Shown here: positions 61,665 to 64,000 of the stretch, piece by piece
Position numbering within the stretch: the first letter of the stretch is position 1
Layout: each line of letters begins with the position of its first letter
NCBI GenBank assembly: GCA_015680685.1
Contig: MNCI01002478.1
Span: 12,945 to 76,944 of the forward strand
From: Gnetum montanum
Lineage: Eukaryota > Plantae > Gnetophyta
Length of the DNA stretch: 64,000 nt
Direction: 5' to 3'
The notes under the pieces: generated by a model
The model's input: only the letters and a program-made list of their open reading frames with translations
Told to the model about the DNA's origin: nothing
The model's database searches: none
Translations under genes and position numbers: made by a program

Positions 61665-64000
61665 TATCTATCATACAAAGAGAGATATTGAGTTATGAAT
61701 CTATGCTTTCTAAATGAACCTAAAAGATGAATAGAAAAAGTGACTGATAGTAAATGGATCATAACTCATAGATAACATAACCTTTCTAGCTAATTCCAAA
61801 ATAATTTAAAAGTGAAAATAGTTTTAAATGTTTAGATCAAGATCTACTATAGGCAATGAAATACAAATTTTTAAATCTATGCTACTTAAATTGATGAGAT
61901 TTCAAATAGCATAAAGAAATAAAATCATAAATTATTTCTTACATTACATTTTTAATTGATTCTACTTAAATATGAAATCTATTACATAAAATTTTTAATT
62001 ATACTATTAATTTGAAAATGTTTTTTTTATAAATTGTATAAAATTTCATGAGGATTCTAGAAAGCTATAGATCAGATCCTAAATCAAACATATATGAATG
62101 TTTTACTAAAGGACATTTAATTTGCCAACATAATTTTCTATGTTTTAAAATACTAGATCAAGTAAAAGAAATTATAGCCTAAAAAATAGTACATTAATAA
62201 AACTCATAGATCTACAAAAAAAGTCTACACAATTCCTAATCTAAATTAGAATTATAAAAAAGTAACATTTTCACATTATTAAATACAATTTCTAGATTTC
62301 GTATAAACACACAAAAAGTCTTAAATATCAATTTGCAAAACCCATCCCATGCAGTGTGCACAAAACTTGAAATACAAAATTGTAAATAGGGCCAAGATTA
62401 CTCACCTATAAATTACATGAAGAAAATATGCACAAGAAGATTGAACATAACAAAAATCTAATTGAAAGAGTAATTGATCCAAAATCTACTAGTACGTCCA
62501 CAAGCTTCAATCTCCAACAACACCTCTAAATCATATTCTCAAAATTGTCAAGCTATTTGGAATTAAAGAGCCAAGGAAGTTTTAATGAAATATTACCAAA
62601 AAAACATGACAAAGAAAAATCAACCAATTACCTAAAACAAGAGTTAAATTAAAATAATACTTCCTTTAATATCTCTTATCATATATGTAACTTTCTCTAC
62701 TTTTATGTAACATCTAATAACAACAAAAATAATTAATAAAACATATGCTAATAAACCAGTATTCCAAGCTATCCTAATAAATCTTTTTAAAAAAATTTTA
62801 AAAATAACATAAAATAAAATACTTAATATGAATAAAGTAGCTAGCAAAACAATATGTCAAACAAGGATATAAAATATTTAATAAGGAATAACAAACAAAT
62901 CATAGATCATCAACCATGCCATGCTCCTAACAAAATCTTTAATGAACTCCTATCACACTTAACCAAGATATCATACAGATAGAGATATTGAGCCATGAAT
63001 CTATGCTTTCTAAATCAACCTAAAACAAGAATTGAAAAAGTAACTAATAGAAAATAGAACATAACTCAAAGATAACATAACCTTTCTATCTAATTTCAAA
63101 ATAATTTAAAATAAAAATTCATTTAAAATTCACAACTAAATTTTTTGATCAAGATCTAGTACAAGCTACGAGATATGAATTTCTAAATCTATGGTACTTA
63201 AGTTGATGTGATTTAAAATAGTAGAGAGAAGTAAAATCATAAATTAGTCATAAGATAACATTTTTAATTGATTCTACTATGAATTTTGAGATGTTGTTTT
63301 TATAGATGGTATAGAATTTCATGAAGATTCTAGAAAGCTATAGATCATATCCTAAATCAAATGTGTAAAACTAACATAGATGTTTTAGTAAGTGATATAT
63401 GATTTTCCAACATTATTCTCTACACATTGAAACTCTAAAACAAGGAAAAGAAATTACAAAATAAAAAAGAACAAATCAAGAAAACCCATAGATCTATACA
63501 AGAATTTTGCATAATTCCTAATCTAAATGAGAATTACAAAATAAAAAAGAGAAAATAAAGAAAATCCATATATCTATACAAGAATTCTACATAATTCCTA
63601 CTCTAAATGAGAATTACAAGAAAATCAACATTCTTACATACTTAAAAATAATACTTGGATTTCCCATAAATACAAACAAAATCTAAAAAATTAATTTTCA
63701 AAAGACATCCATGCAATGTGCATAAAACCTAAAATGCAAAAATAAAAAGGGATCCAAGATTACTCATCTCTAAATTACATGTAGAAAATCTACACAAAAG
63801 GAATGAACATAATAAATATCCAATTGAAAGCACAACTAATCCAAAATCTATTAGCACCTCCACAAATTTCAATCTCTAATAACACCTCTCCATCATATTC
63901 TTAAAATTATCAAGGTGTATGTAATTAAAGAGCCAAGGAATATTTAATAAAAGACTACCAAAAATCTTGAAAAGGGAAAAATTAGGAAGTTACCCAAAAG
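61665..64000. repeat. AT-rich direct repeat with ~1.3 kb period (~61665-62640 versus ~62968-64000)
   Basis: Shared blocks gagatattgag..atgaatctatgctttctaaat, gattctagaaagctatagatca, ccaagattactca, aattaaagagccaaggaa. The second copy has an internal ~78 bp duplication (~63450-63610). Confidence 0.85.

Overview
This window is TE-saturated, methylation-decayed DNA, most likely from a large land-plant genome, with no intact host gene. It resolves into nested LTR retrotransposons. (1) A + strand Ty3/gypsy Tat-like element has RT-RH-aRH-INT at ~494-3961 and a 3' LTR at 16474-18133. (2) An antisense GAG-protease-only relative sits in that element's 3' UTR (4981-15715, TSD CACAT, tRNA-Asn PBS). (3) A - strand Athila-like element (~22272-32085) is truncated and lacks its integrase core. 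(4) An orphan gypsy integrase fragment lies at ~32395-33666. (5) An old Ty1/copia element (36199-54276) is interrupted by (6) a full-length Athila-like element (39094-52373, TSD CCATG) carrying a ~970-codon extra ORF that appears to have its own TATA box and leader intron. (7) A ~5 kb duplicate (55751-60771) of the first element's 3' end plus flank preserves the empty site of insertion 2. The most unusual signal is at 20467-22271: four ~280-bp repeats, each carrying a minimal type I hammerhead ribozyme motif with a palindromic helix III, in a partial-tandem layout resembling Penelope-like pseudo-LTRs or non-LTR retrozymes. Single Ns at 22714, 22931 and 23787 bracket segments that look mis-assembled. 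All identities and alignments were judged by eye.
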